A stretch of DNA of 64,000 bases from an uncultured candidatus Porisulfidus sp. Its GTDB lineage: Bacteria; Pseudomonadota; Gammaproteobacteria; Poriferisulfidales; Poriferisulfidaceae. Positions within the stretch are counted from its first letter, which is position 1. Each line of letters begins with the position of its first letter. The notes beneath the pieces were generated by a model. The model was not told where the DNA came from, searched no databases, and worked only from the letters and a program-made list of their open reading frames with translations. The DNA is taken from contig OZ220480.1 in the NCBI GenBank assembly GCA_965116025.1, positions 398,415 to 462,414 of the forward strand, given 5' to 3'. This document shows positions 19,590-29,015 of this stretch, piece by piece. Position numbers and translations under genes: made by a program.

Positions 19590-20979
19590 TCAAAATTCTT
19601 GCGAGAAGCTGATCTCGAGATCGAATTGATAGATCTCGATCTCGATCATTTGCGAGGGATCGAACGGATTCGGGCCTCTTTGCCGCTCCGTCGGAGAGTA
19701 CATGAAGGCGGCGCTGATCTCCCGATCACCGGACAATTTTTTGGCCAGGCCGATGGTGTAGTGGTTCTCCACGACCGCCGGTGCCAAGATGTTCAGCAAC
19801 GTCTCGTCGCGCGGAATGGGGTGCTCGGCGAAGCTCGCGCCCACGCGAAGCGTCAGGTCCGGAGAGATCGCGTACCGCGCGCCGATCCTGTACACATTCA
19901 TATCCTCCCAGCCGAACCCCGCTCCATGGTCGCCCCCGAGGCGGCTTTCCGGTCGTCCCCGCCCAGCGTCGGACAGCGGAAGACGTTCGAGACCGGATTC
20001 GCCACCGAATCGATCTCGCCGTACCAGATTTTCTGGAAATCGAAGACCAAGACCAGACCGCTTGATGATTTCAGGGCGAAGCCAGCCGTCATCGAGGGTG
20101 GAATGTCGAAATCCCCGTCCTCGGCGAACAAACTCGCGTAGTCGTCGAGCTCGGTCATGAACATCCGCGACTGATACGCCAAGCCGATGTCCAGATACGA
20201 GACCGGGCTCCACAGCATTCCCACCCTCGCTCCGTAGCCGAACGAGAAATCCCGGCCCTTGTCGGTGAGACCGTCGGGCCACTTCTCTCCGTCGCTTCGC
20301 GCGACATCCTCGGTATACCCGGTGAACGCGGAAAGCCCCTTCCCTCGGAACGCCTGGACCGCCAGTACCGGGCTCACGCCCAGCGAAAGTCGCTCGCCGA
20401 CCTTCCGCGAGTAGATGATCACCAGGAACAGCTGGGTCAGATCCACGCCGGCGACGCCCCTCCATACGTCCCTGGAAAGCTCTGGACAGGCTTGGGCCCG
20501 GAGCCATCCGGGTCGAACGTGGCGATTCCCTCGTTCCACACCGTGTTCATCCCGCCATTCGCGTACAGGGTGATGCCCAGCGAGCTTCGCTCGTCCAACG
20601 GGTGGTTGTAGCCGACTGGGGGGACCGGAAAGCAGTCGCGGTCGCTGTCCATGTCGTTGGGCCCCACCGTGAAAGCGACGCCCGGGCCATTCGCCGCGCT
20701 CGCGCCCTTCTCGTAGGCCTGCCGGGGGCTGAAAATGGCCAAGCCCGCGTCGAGTCTTCGTCCTAGATGGACCATTCCCGCGGGATTCGTCGCCGCCGCG
20801 ATCGCGTCTTGCGGAAGCATCACCCCCGCGCCCGCCATACCCTTGCTTTTCGTCCCGTATCCGTGCGCGAAATAGCCATTCGTCGCCATCGCGCACGGCA
20901 CCGCCAGCGCGCAAGCCACGCACGCCCACAAGACGCCAGGCCAGATCCCGTCGCGCATGACGTTCCTCCGCGCGCGCAT
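19590..20979 (-). pseudogene. FadL/TodX-family outer-membrane transporter gene carrying two frameshifts
   Basis: Three consecutive minus-strand ORFs in three different frames (20437..21336, 19898..20929, 19590..20507) encode, in order, the N-terminal, middle and C-terminal parts. The N-terminal part has a signal peptide and the motif ATNGYFAHGYGTKSKGMAGAG. The C-terminal part ends ...LEISFSQEF. The frame switches fall near 20470-20500 and 19930-19960. Confidence 0.6.
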
Positions 20980-21057
20980 CCCGGACGTCTCGAGTCTACC
21001 GAACGCCCCCCGCGAGTCAATTCTCGCCTCTGGCGTCCGCGCGCGCTCGGCCGCGCC

Positions 21058-21078
21058 TAATTGCAGACATCCTGACCT
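21058..21078. repeat. left terminal inverted repeat of the IS
   Basis: CAGACATCCTGACCT at 21064-21078 is the reverse complement of 23445-23459. Confidence 0.65.
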
Positions 21079-21195
21079 GGTAGTCTGATATCGCGGGCGG
21101 GCGGCCCCTCGAACCGCCTTGATTTTCCTGTTTTCTCTGGCGTTCCGGGTCGGCGCGCGCTGGCGTTTTTCCCGGTCTCGTGATATAATATTATT

Positions 21196-23424
21196 ATGAC
21201 GCATAATGTAGGAGATCGCGTGTCCGGACTTCCCCTCAGCCCGACCGAGGCCACCCCCATCAGCGGCTCCCTCTCGTGGGCCGTCATCGACGACATCGTC
21301 TGGTACTTCTCCGGTCTCCAGCCGATCGACTTCCATCTCGCCGGAGACCGGAAATCCCGGTTGCTGCGGGTGGCGAAGCTACGCCTGGCCAACCGGGTGC
21401 CAGAGGGCGATCTGGCGCGCGCCTTCGACCTATCGCGCTCGACGGTCACGCGGGCGGCGCGGAAGCTTCGCGAGCGGGGCGAGGCGGCGTTCCGGGAGCC
21501 GACGCTTCGGCCCGGGGCCGGGCGGCGGCGCAGCGTGGTGACCCCGGAGAAGGCGCGCCGCGCCGAGCGCATGCTGGCCGAGGGGGAGACCCGCGGCGCG
21601 TGCGCGGCGGCCCTCGGCATCCCGATCAGCACGTTCTACGAGAACCTGCGCGCCGGGGTCATCCACAAGCCGGCGCCCGACCCGGGGGCGTCCGAGCGCT
21701 CCGAGCGCGCGGAGCGAGACCGTAAGCCGGCGCGCGGGCGCGCCTGCCACGACGACGAGCGCCGGCGGCTCGCCGCCGCCGGAACGCTGGCCGAGGCCGC
21801 GCCCCGCTTCGACCGCCCGGCCCGCTCGGTCGCCGGCGGCGGCGTCCTCGCCGCCCTTCCCGCCCTGCTCCGGGAAGGACTGCTGGAGCCCGCCCGCCGC
21901 ATGCTCCGCCTGCCCGACGGCTACTACGGACTGTCCGCCGTGCTGCTCACCTGCGCCTTCCTGACCCTCTCCCGCGCCCGCGCCCCCGAGGCCCTGCGCC
22001 ACCAGGCGCCCGGAGAGTGGGGCCTCCCGCTCGGACTCGACCGCTGCCCCGAGGTCAAGACCCTGCGCCGGAAGACGGCCCTGATCACCGATGCCGAGGA
22101 GACCGTCCACGCTTGGCAGAGCGCCCTGGCGCGCGCCTGGATGGAGGACGAGCGCGACGACTGGATGACCTTGGCCGTGGACGGCCACGTCAAGGTCTAC
22201 CACGGACGAAAGGGGCGCTTGCCCAAGGGCTTCGTCTCGCGCCAGAAGCTGTGTCTGCCGGCGTCCGCCAGCTACTGGGTCAACGTCCTTGGCGGCAAGC
22301 CCCTGCTGTGCCTGCATAAGAAGCTGGACCCGAAGCTGACGCGCGCCCTGGAGGAGGACGTCCTGCCCGAGCTGGAGCGGATGGGTCAGGTTCCCGCGTC
22401 CGCGCCAGACCTGCGCCAGGGCGGGCGCCCGATGGCCACCCTGGCGTTCGACCGCGAGGGCTGGAGCCCGCAGCTGTTCGCGCGCCTGGCGCGCCGTGGC
22501 GTCGCCTGCGTGACCTGGCGCAAGGGCTCCCGAGAGGACGACTGGCCGCGCGCCGAGTTCCACTCATGCGCGGTTCCGGTTCACGGCCCGGTCGGGAGAG
22601 GCGGCTCGCTGACCGTCTCGCTGGCCGAGCGCCGGGTCGAGCTGCGCGACGGCCTTCAGGTTCGGGAGATCCGCCGCCTGCTGGAGAGTGGGCGGCAGGC
22701 GGCGCTGATCACGACCCACCCGGACATGCCGACCGAGGAGGTCGCCGGCGCCATGTTCTCGCGCTGGTCGCAGGAGAACTTCTTCAAATACATGCGCGAG
22801 GAGTTCCGGCTCGACGCCTTGCCGGAGCATGCCGTGGAGCCGCTCGACCCGGAGACCCGGGTGGTCAATCCCGAGCGGCGGGAGGCGCGGAAAGAAGTCG
22901 AGCGGATCAAGCGGAGGCTTCAGTCCGTCGAGACGCGGGCTCGCCGGAAGCGCGCGAGGGGAACGGACGCGACCGGGCTTGAGGCCGAGGCGCGCGCGCT
23001 TCGGAAGCGTCTTGAGGAAGAGACGCTCCGCCGCGACGGGCTGCCTGCCCACGTGCGCGCCGGGGAGCTCCCGAAAGAGCGGCGGCTCGACGCCTTGCCG
23101 GTCGCCCGGCGCCTGTTCGCCGATCTCATCCGCATGATCTGCTACCGCGCCGAGACCCGCATGATGGCGGCCTCGGTCGCGGCGCCGGGGCGGAAGCCCT
23201 TGGCGCGCAAAGCGCTCGCCGCCCTGATGCGGGCCGACGCCCATCTCCGGCCCGACCCGGAGCGCGGCGTCCTTGAGGTTGAGCTGCTCGGCTTCGCCAA
23301 CGCCGCCGCCGAGCGAGCCCTCCGCCCGCTGCTCGACGAGCTCAATCGAACCGAAACCCGCTACCCCGGAACCGACCTCCAGCTCGTCTATCGCGTCGCC
23401 GGCGAGCCGCCCACCGAGGAATAG
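21196..23424 (+). CDS. DDE transposase (IS4-superfamily-like), 742 aa
   Basis: It has an N-terminal HTH (DLARAFDLSRSTVTRAARKL), candidate catalytic D residues in LAVDGHVKVY and LAFDREGW, and the signature FSRWSQENFFKY, which matches the Y(2)R(3)E...K motif of the IS4-type DDE_Tnp_1 family. It is flanked by inverted repeats. Confidence 0.6.
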   Translation: MTHNVGDRVSGLPLSPTEATPISGSLSWAVIDDIVWYFSGLQPIDFHLAGDRKSRLLRVAKLRLANRVPEGDLARAFDLSRSTVTRAARKLRERGEAAFREPTLRPGAGRRRSVVTPEKARRAERMLAEGETRGACAAALGIPISTFYENLRAGVIHKPAPDPGASERSERAERDRKPARGRACHDDERRRLAAAGTLAEAAPRFDRPARSVAGGGVLAALPALLREGLLEPARRMLRLPDGYYGLSAVLLTCAFLTLSRARAPEALRHQAPGEWGLPLGLDRCPEVKTLRRKTALITDAEETVHAWQSALARAWMEDERDDWMTLAVDGHVKVYHGRKGRLPKGFVSRQKLCLPASASYWVNVLGGKPLLCLHKKLDPKLTRALEEDVLPELERMGQVPASAPDLRQGGRPMATLAFDREGWSPQLFARLARRGVACVTWRKGSREDDWPRAEFHSCAVPVHGPVGRGGSLTVSLAERRVELRDGLQVREIRRLLESGRQAALITTHPDMPTEEVAGAMFSRWSQENFFKYMREEFRLDALPEHAVEPLDPETRVVNPERREARKEVERIKRRLQSVETRARRKRARGTDATGLEAEARALRKRLEEETLRRDGLPAHVRAGELPKERRLDALPVARRLFADLIRMICYRAETRMMAASVAAPGRKPLARKALAALMRADAHLRPDPERGVLEVELLGFANAAAERALRPLLDELNRTETRYPGTDLQLVYRVAGEPPTEE

Positions 23425-23442
23425 CGCGTCATCCTATAATCA

Positions 23443-23775
23443 TTAGGTCAGGATGTCTGAATTGTGGCGCCCGCGCGGGACGTACCGTCCGTCCTCGAAT
23501 CCGCTGAAGATCTGGTCGACCAGCGGATGCCGGATCGGGCGCGGGTCCTCCTCCCGCTCCAAGTTGCGCTCCGCGACGTACGTCTCGACCGGCCGCTCGT
23601 CCACCAGAACCCGATACCAGGGCCGGTCCCGGGGTGGGCGGGACCGCGCGTTGCGCTCGTACCACTCGTCGCTCCCCCGGAACGTCGGGTCCACGTCGAA
23701 GACCACGCCCCGATAGCCGAACAGTCGGTGCGCGACCAGTTGTCCCGGGGCGAATAGCGCCTGACTCTCGCGCAT
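23443..23775 (-). CDS. hspQ: heat-shock protein HspQ (YccV-like hemimethylated-DNA-binding domain); 3' end fused into the IS inverted repeat
   Basis: The product reads ...GQLVAHRLFGYRGVVFDVDP...WYRVLVDERPVETYVAE, typical of HspQ. The likely start is the internal Met at 23775. The final 22 nt lie inside the IS right inverted repeat. Confidence 0.7.
   Translation of the reverse strand: MRESQALFAPGQLVAHRLFGYRGVVFDVDPTFRGSDEWYERNARSRPPRDRPWYRVLVDERPVETYVAERNLEREEDPRPIRHPLVDQIFSGFEDGRYVPRGRHNSDILT
23445..23465. repeat. right terminal inverted repeat of the IS
   Basis: AGGTCAGGATGTCTG at 23445-23459. It overlaps the last 7 codons of hspQ. Confidence 0.65.
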
Positions 23776-23835
23776 CTCCCTCAGCCCTGCTCCCGCCACT
23801 TGCTATACTGGCGAAAATCGCTAGGCGCGACGCTT

Positions 23836-24105
23836 ATGGAACGCACCGTCGAACAACGAGTTTTGGTCATGACGCGCAAGATTTTGGCACAGATCGTGCG
23901 GGAAGTCACGCCGCCTCCCGGCATGAAGAGTCCCTTGTCCCCCCAGACCATTCAGGACATACGGAAAGCGTTCGAGCTGATCTCCGCGCGGGAGCGAGAG
24001 TTGATGGAGGCCGCCGGGAACCCAACCCAGGAGCGGCCCCGATACGCGGACGAGCCGAAAACCGCGGCGACCGCGCCGATGCCCAAGCGAAAGCTGGACT
24101 CATGA
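23836..24105 (+). CDS. hypothetical protein (about 89 aa), first gene of an overlapping three-gene operon
   Basis: Protein-like ORF (MERTVEQRVLVMTRKILAQIVREV...). Its stop overlaps the next start as ATGA at 24102-24105. The start could also be 23800. Confidence 0.4.
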   Translation: MERTVEQRVLVMTRKILAQIVREVTPPPGMKSPLSPQTIQDIRKAFELISARERELMEAAGNPTQERPRYADEPKTAATAPMPKRKLDS

Positions 24106-24500
24106 TCGCCACGTCGGAATCGCGGGAGCGGATGGCGCGCCAGGCCATGGCGGCGCTCGACCAATGGCGCCTCAACACGGACGAGATCGTGGCCATTCTG
24201 GCGTTGCCGGAGAAGACCCGCGGCGCGCAGCTGGAGCGCTTCCGCCACGGCGAGGCCCTGCCGAACGACCCGCCCCTGATGACGCGCGCGGAGCACATCG
24301 TCGGCATCGCCGACGCCCTGCGCACATCGTTTCCCCGCAACAGCCGCATCGGGGCCCGCTGGCTGGTCACCCCGCATCGGCGGTTCCGCAAGCGCACCCC
24401 TCTGTCGCTGATGATCGAGGATGGCGTCAACGGCCTGTGCCGGGTGCGAGCGGAGCTGGACTGCTCCTTCTCCTGGACGCGGTCGCAGGAGGCCCCCTGA
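24102..24500 (+). CDS. DUF2384 (MbcA/ParS/Xre-antitoxin C-terminal-domain-like) protein
   Basis: The C-terminal region ARWLVTPHRRFRKRTPLSLMIEDGVNGLCRVRAELD matches the WL.TPN.ALGG.TPLELL...G...V core of the RES-toxin-binding DUF2384 domain. 132 aa. Confidence 0.55.
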   Translation: MIATSESRERMARQAMAALDQWRLNTDEIVAILALPEKTRGAQLERFRHGEALPNDPPLMTRAEHIVGIADALRTSFPRNSRIGARWLVTPHRRFRKRTPLSLMIEDGVNGLCRVRAELDCSFSWTRSQEAP

Positions 24501-24910
24501 TGTCCGAGATCTCCATTCCGGTGGTCGCCGAGGGGGTCGAGATCACCTTGGAGAACAAGTGCGGCTTCTGCACCAACTCCCTGTGCTGCCACTACGTCAC
24601 CCAGGAGATCGACACGCCTCGGTCCAAATACGACTACGAGCACCTGCTCTGGCAGGTCTCGCACGACCGGGTCAGCGCCTACAAGGACTCCGACGGCTGG
24701 ACCCTGATGTTCGAGACCGCCTGCGCGCACCTGCGGGAGGACGGGCGTTGCGGGATTTACGAGGCCCGCCCGCAAATCTGCCGCGATCATCGCAACGATT
24801 TCTGCGAGTACGACCAGCCGGCCGAGGAGGGCTTCGACCTGTACTTCCCGGACTATGAGAGTCTCCTCGCGTACTGCAAGAAGCGCTTCAAGCGATGGGA
24901 GCGGGGCTAG
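24500..24910 (+). CDS. YkgJ/UPF0153-family cysteine-cluster (CxxCxxCC) protein
   Basis: It contains CGFCTNSLCCHY and later CGIYEARPQICRDH, as in YkgJ-type zinc/iron-chelating domain proteins. Its start overlaps the previous stop (TGATG). Confidence 0.55.
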   Translation: MSEISIPVVAEGVEITLENKCGFCTNSLCCHYVTQEIDTPRSKYDYEHLLWQVSHDRVSAYKDSDGWTLMFETACAHLREDGRCGIYEARPQICRDHRNDFCEYDQPAEEGFDLYFPDYESLLAYCKKRFKRWERG

Positions 24911-25559
24911 GCGGCATGATCTCCGAGAAGTCCCGGATCGCGGGATACGGCAGGCTCCTCCGCTCCGGCTGGCCGCTGTCCGGACGCCGGACCGTGAGCA
25001 GGCAGCCGATGCCCGCCCTTCTCGCGTGCGCCAGAACGTCGACGTCGTCGTCCACCATGAGCGTGCGGGCCGGCTCGTGCGGCACCGCGTCCCGCAACGC
25101 CTTCCAGAATCCCGCGCTTTCCTTAGGCGTCTGGAACTCGTGGGAGCTGATGACCTTCCGGAAATAGGGACGGATCTGGGATTCCTCCAGCTTGATGTCG
25201 ACGAACTTCGGGTGCGAGTTGGTGACGAGGTAACAGGGCCTGCGACTGTCGTTGATCCGTCCCAGAAACTCCTCGATACGGGGCATCCGCGTCACCCGAT
25301 GGCGGATTTCCCGCTTCAGCGCGACCACGTCCAGACCCAGCTCCTCGCTCCAGTAGTCGGCGCAATACCACTGCAACGTGCCCCGGATCTCGCGGTAGCG
25401 CGCGGTCAGATTCGCCCGGGCTTCCGCAACGTCCATCCCGTACGCCTCGGCGAAGCGCCGCGGCAGATGGTGAAACCAGAAGTGGGAATCGAACCGCAGG
25501 TCCAGCAACGTCCCGTCCATGTCCAGAAAGACGGTGTCGATGGCCTCCCAGTCGATCAT
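24888..25559 (-). CDS. yrfG: HAD-family GMP/IMP nucleotidase (YrfG-like)
   Basis: It reads MIDWEAIDTVFLDMDGTLLDLRFD...LQWYCADYWSEELGLDV and is strongly similar in order and motifs to E. coli YrfG. The start is taken at the internal Met (25559). Confidence 0.75.
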   Translation of the reverse strand: MIDWEAIDTVFLDMDGTLLDLRFDSHFWFHHLPRRFAEAYGMDVAEARANLTARYREIRGTLQWYCADYWSEELGLDVVALKREIRHRVTRMPRIEEFLGRINDSRRPCYLVTNSHPKFVDIKLEESQIRPYFRKVISSHEFQTPKESAGFWKALRDAVPHEPARTLMVDDDVDVLAHARRAGIGCLLTVRRPDSGQPERRSLPYPAIRDFSEIMPPSPAPIA

Positions 25560-25633
25560 GCGTAATGGCGCTCCGCGCCGGATTCTACACTCCCTTCCGC
25601 CGCGATTTGCTACGATGGGCGCGAACTCGACCA

Positions 25634-26455
25634 ATGGATTCCGAACAGCTCTCCCGACTTCTGCCCGAGGCCAAGCGAATCGCCAAGGAGGCCGGCGCGC
25701 GCGTCCTAGCCACCCTCCGCGCGGGCTACGAGATCTTCGAGAAGGCCGATCGCTCTCCGGTCACCACGGTCGACCTGGAGGCCCACCGGCGCATCGTCGA
25801 GCGGTTGCGGGCGCTGAACGAGCGGTGGCCGGTTCTGTCCGAAGAGGCTTCCGTCCTTCCCGCCTGGAAAGTCCGCCGGGACTGGGAGACGTACTGGCTG
25901 GTCGACCCTCTGGACGGCACCCGCGAGCTGTTTCGGCGAAGCGGGGAATTCACCGTCAACATCGCCCTGATTCACCGTCGACGATCCGTGCTAGGGGTCG
26001 TCGGCGCCCCGGCTCTGGACCTCCTCTATCACGCGCGTCGCGGTGGCGGCGCCTGGCGGTCGCGGGCGGAAGAACCCCCGGTCGCCATCCGCGCCCGGCC
26101 CTTCCCCACCGATGGATCCGCCATCGTGGCGGCGAGCTTCCGTCACGCGCGCCCCGAAACTCAGCGGCTCCTCACGCGGCTGGGCCCGCACCGGGAGAGG
26201 CGCGTCGGGAGCTCGCTGAAGAGCTGTCAGGTCGCGGAAGGCTCCTTGGACCTGTATCCGCGCCACGGCCCCACTCACGAATGGGACACGGCGGCGGCCC
26301 AATGCGTCGTGGAGGAGGCGGGAGGCCAGGCGCTCGACTGGCGGCTGCGCCCGCTTCGCTACAACGCGGGACCGAGCTTGGTCAACCCCAGTTTTCTGGT
26401 GATCGGCGACCCCGGCCACGACTGGGCCTCCCTGCTGGATCCGGCGCCGCGATGA
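25634..26455 (+). CDS. cysQ: 3'(2'),5'-bisphosphate nucleotidase
   Basis: It has WLVDPLDGTRELF and the inositol-monophosphatase-fold motifs. The start is at the internal Met 25634 (the ORF track begins at 25565). Confidence 0.8.
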   Translation: MDSEQLSRLLPEAKRIAKEAGARVLATLRAGYEIFEKADRSPVTTVDLEAHRRIVERLRALNERWPVLSEEASVLPAWKVRRDWETYWLVDPLDGTRELFRRSGEFTVNIALIHRRRSVLGVVGAPALDLLYHARRGGGAWRSRAEEPPVAIRARPFPTDGSAIVAASFRHARPETQRLLTRLGPHRERRVGSSLKSCQVAEGSLDLYPRHGPTHEWDTAAAQCVVEEAGGQALDWRLRPLRYNAGPSLVNPSFLVIGDPGHDWASLLDPAPR

Positions 26456-26653
26456 CCGCGCGACCGGATCCACCGGCGAGGCGAGAAAGAGCCCCGCGTC
26501 GCCATCTCCGAGAAATCTGGACATCCGCCAAGAGAGGATCCGGGAATCGGCGTGGGACCCGGTACAATGCTGTCCCCGTGACCGCCCCCTTCCACGCCGC
26601 GGACTCCGCGAGCGTTCCGTGAAAGAGACGGCGCGTTCCCGCAAGCCGATCTC

Positions 26654-28408
26654 GTGACCGCCGCTCTCACCGCTGACTTGGCCCAGGCCTGGCGCGCCCT
26701 TCACCAGCAGGGACTATTGCCAGCCGCGAATCCAGACCGCATCGAGGTCACGCCGACCAAGGATCCGCGCCACGGCGACCACGCCTGCAACCTGGCTCTG
26801 ATCTTGGCGCGAGAAGCGAACGTCGACGCCCGGGAACTGGCTGAGAGGATCGCCGCGCGTCTCCCGGAGAACCCGGACGTGCAGGCCGTGGAGGTGGCTG
26901 GCCCAGGATTCCTCAACTTTCGGCTGCGGCCGGAAGCCAAGGCCGGGGTGGTGGACCGCGTCCTGGAGCGAGGCGCGAATTACGGCGCCCGCCCTCCCGG
27001 CAGCGAGCAGCGCGTCCTGATCGAGTACGTCTCCGCCAACCCGACCGGCCCTCTGCACGTCGGGCATGGCCGCGGAGCGGCGCTCGGCTCCTGCCTCGCC
27101 CGGATCCTCAGAGCGGCCGGCCACTCGGTCGAGAGCGAATATTTCATCAATGACGCCGGACGGCAGATCGACATCCTGGCGCTTTCCGTCTGGTTGCGCT
27201 ATCTGGAACTGTGCGGCGAGCCGGTCGTCTTCCCCGAGGCGGGCTACCGGGGAGACTATATTCTGGACATCGCGGCCGACCGCCATCGCGAGCGAGGCGA
27301 GGAGTGGCGCGCCTCTTTCGAGAACATCCAGGCGGGCGCGCCGGACGATGGCCCGGACGAGGACGGACGCGACGCGAGCTTGGACTTCCTGATCCTGCGG
27401 GCGCGGGATTTCCTGAGCGATTCGGCGTGGACCGAGCTCGCCTCGACCGCGACCGATACCCTGATCGAGCGCATCCGCCGCGATCTGGACCACTTCGGCG
27501 CGAGCTTCGACCAATGGCGGTCCGAGCGCGCGTTGCTGGACAGCGGCGCGGTCGAGCGGACGATCCGCCAGCTACGGGAGGCCGGCCACCTGTACGAGAT
27601 GGAAAGCGCCCTGTGGTTCCGCTCGAGCGAGTTCGGCGACGAGAAGGACCGGGTCGTCCAGAGAAGCGATGGGCGATGGACCTACTTCGCGACCGACATC
27701 GCATACCACGCCGACAAGATGGCGCGTGGCTACGGCACCGTCATCAATATCTGGGGAGCCGATCACCACGGCTACGCCGCGCGGATCCGCGCCGCCATCC
27801 AGGCGCTGGGGATCGACCCGGATCGGCTGGAAGTCCTGCTGGTCCAGTTCGCCAGCCTCCGTCGGGGCGAGCGGAAAATCTCGATGTCCACGCGCGAGGG
27901 AGAGTTCGTGCCCCTAGAGTCGTTGCGGCGCGAAATCGGACGAGACGCGGCGCGGTTCTTCTACGTCATGCGCAAGTCGGGGCAACATCTCGATTTCGAC
28001 TTGCGGCTCGCCGCCGAGCGAAGCGCGGACAACCCGGTCTACTACGCGCAGTACGCGCACGCGCGAATCTGCAGCATCCTCAAGCGGGCGGAAGACGAGG
28101 ATATCGACGTGCCCGACGCGCCTTGCGACCTTTCGCCCCTGACCGAGGCGGGCGAGCGCGCTCTGCAAAAACGTCTGTCACGCTACCCGGACCTGATCCT
28201 GCGCTCGGCCCGGGAGCGCGAGCCCCACCATCTGACCGTCTATCTGCGCGAGCTGGCGCAGGAGTTTCACTCGTACTACAACGCCATCGTGGTGCTCGCG
28301 GACGAGGCCCCGGTCCGTCGGGCCCGGCTTCGGCTGGTCTTGGCGGTGCGCCAGACGCTCGCCAACGGACTGAGCCTGTTGGGCGTCGACGCTCCCGAGA
28401 GCATGTGA
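26654..28408 (+). CDS. argS: arginine--tRNA ligase
   Basis: 584 aa with a class-I HIGH-type motif (PTGPLHVGHGRGA) and an ArgRS anticodon-binding C terminus. Confidence 0.9.
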   Translation: MTAALTADLAQAWRALHQQGLLPAANPDRIEVTPTKDPRHGDHACNLALILAREANVDARELAERIAARLPENPDVQAVEVAGPGFLNFRLRPEAKAGVVDRVLERGANYGARPPGSEQRVLIEYVSANPTGPLHVGHGRGAALGSCLARILRAAGHSVESEYFINDAGRQIDILALSVWLRYLELCGEPVVFPEAGYRGDYILDIAADRHRERGEEWRASFENIQAGAPDDGPDEDGRDASLDFLILRARDFLSDSAWTELASTATDTLIERIRRDLDHFGASFDQWRSERALLDSGAVERTIRQLREAGHLYEMESALWFRSSEFGDEKDRVVQRSDGRWTYFATDIAYHADKMARGYGTVINIWGADHHGYAARIRAAIQALGIDPDRLEVLLVQFASLRRGERKISMSTREGEFVPLESLRREIGRDAARFFYVMRKSGQHLDFDLRLAAERSADNPVYYAQYAHARICSILKRAEDEDIDVPDAPCDLSPLTEAGERALQKRLSRYPDLILRSAREREPHHLTVYLRELAQEFHSYYNAIVVLADEAPVRRARLRLVLAVRQTLANGLSLLGVDAPESM

Positions 28409-29010
28409 TGGCGACTCCCAAAACCCGAGCGACGGCTCCAAAACGCCACGCCGCGTCCCCCAAGCGCGGGGCGGCGACCAAGCGGCGACGCGAGACCCGC
28501 AAGCCCCTGCCCCCGTGGCTCCTGCTCGGCGTCGGCCTGTTCCTCGGCGTCATCTGCGCGCCGCTGGCGCTCAACGTGGCGAAGAAGGTGGACTGGGCCG
28601 GTCTCTGGAGCAAGGCGTCGGCTCCCGTAACGGCCATCGCGCCAGAGCTTCCGAGCGTCCCGCGATTCGACTTTTACACCATCCTTCCGAACCAAGAGGT
28701 CGTGGTGCCGGACCCGGCGCCCCCGGCCGAGCGAAAAGCGAAGCCGGACGAGAAGAAGGCCCCGGCCGCGCCCCAGGGCGTCTACTACCTTCAGGCGGGC
28801 TCTTTCCGAAAGATCGACGAGGCCAACGGCAGAAGGGCCCAAGTCATCCTGCTCGGAACCGAGGCGTCCATCCAATCCGTCACCATCGACCGCGACACCT
28901 GGCACCGGGTCCGGATCGGGCCCTACGGAGACCTGGAGCGGCTACGCGAGGCGCGGCGGCGGTTGCGCGAGAACAACATCGATACCTTGCTGATCCGCGC
29001 CCACCGGTAG
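28408..29010 (+). CDS. SPOR-domain cell-division protein (FtsN/DedD-like)
   Basis: Its start overlaps the argS stop. It has a basic N terminus, one TM helix, a Pro/Ala/Lys-rich linker and a C-terminal SPOR domain (VYYLQAGSFRKIDEANGRRA...RVRIGPYGDLE). Confidence 0.75.
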   Translation: MATPKTRATAPKRHAASPKRGAATKRRRETRKPLPPWLLLGVGLFLGVICAPLALNVAKKVDWAGLWSKASAPVTAIAPELPSVPRFDFYTILPNQEVVVPDPAPPAERKAKPDEKKAPAAPQGVYYLQAGSFRKIDEANGRRAQVILLGTEASIQSVTIDRDTWHRVRIGPYGDLERLREARRRLRENNIDTLLIRAHR

Positions 29011-29015
29011 CGCCG

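Larger units (their letters stand above)
21058..23465 (+). mobile_element. insertion sequence, about 2.4 kb, with one transposase gene bounded by imperfect terminal inverted repeats
   Basis: The left end TAATTGCAGACATCCTGACCT (21058-21078) matches the reverse complement of 23445-23465 (AGGTCAGGATGTCTGAATTGT): 15 of 15 inner bases match, then AATT after a 1-nt indel. Confidence 0.65.

Noticed and set aside
21430-22563. 377-aa minus-strand ORF inside the transposase gene
   Set aside because: It is antisense to the transposase, has GC-driven open frames, and has no motifs.
27211-29010. 599-aa plus-strand ORF spanning argS and the SPOR gene
   Set aside because: It is an alternative frame of argS (Arg/Gly-rich). 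Only its last 200 codons, from ATG 28408, are the real SPOR-protein gene.
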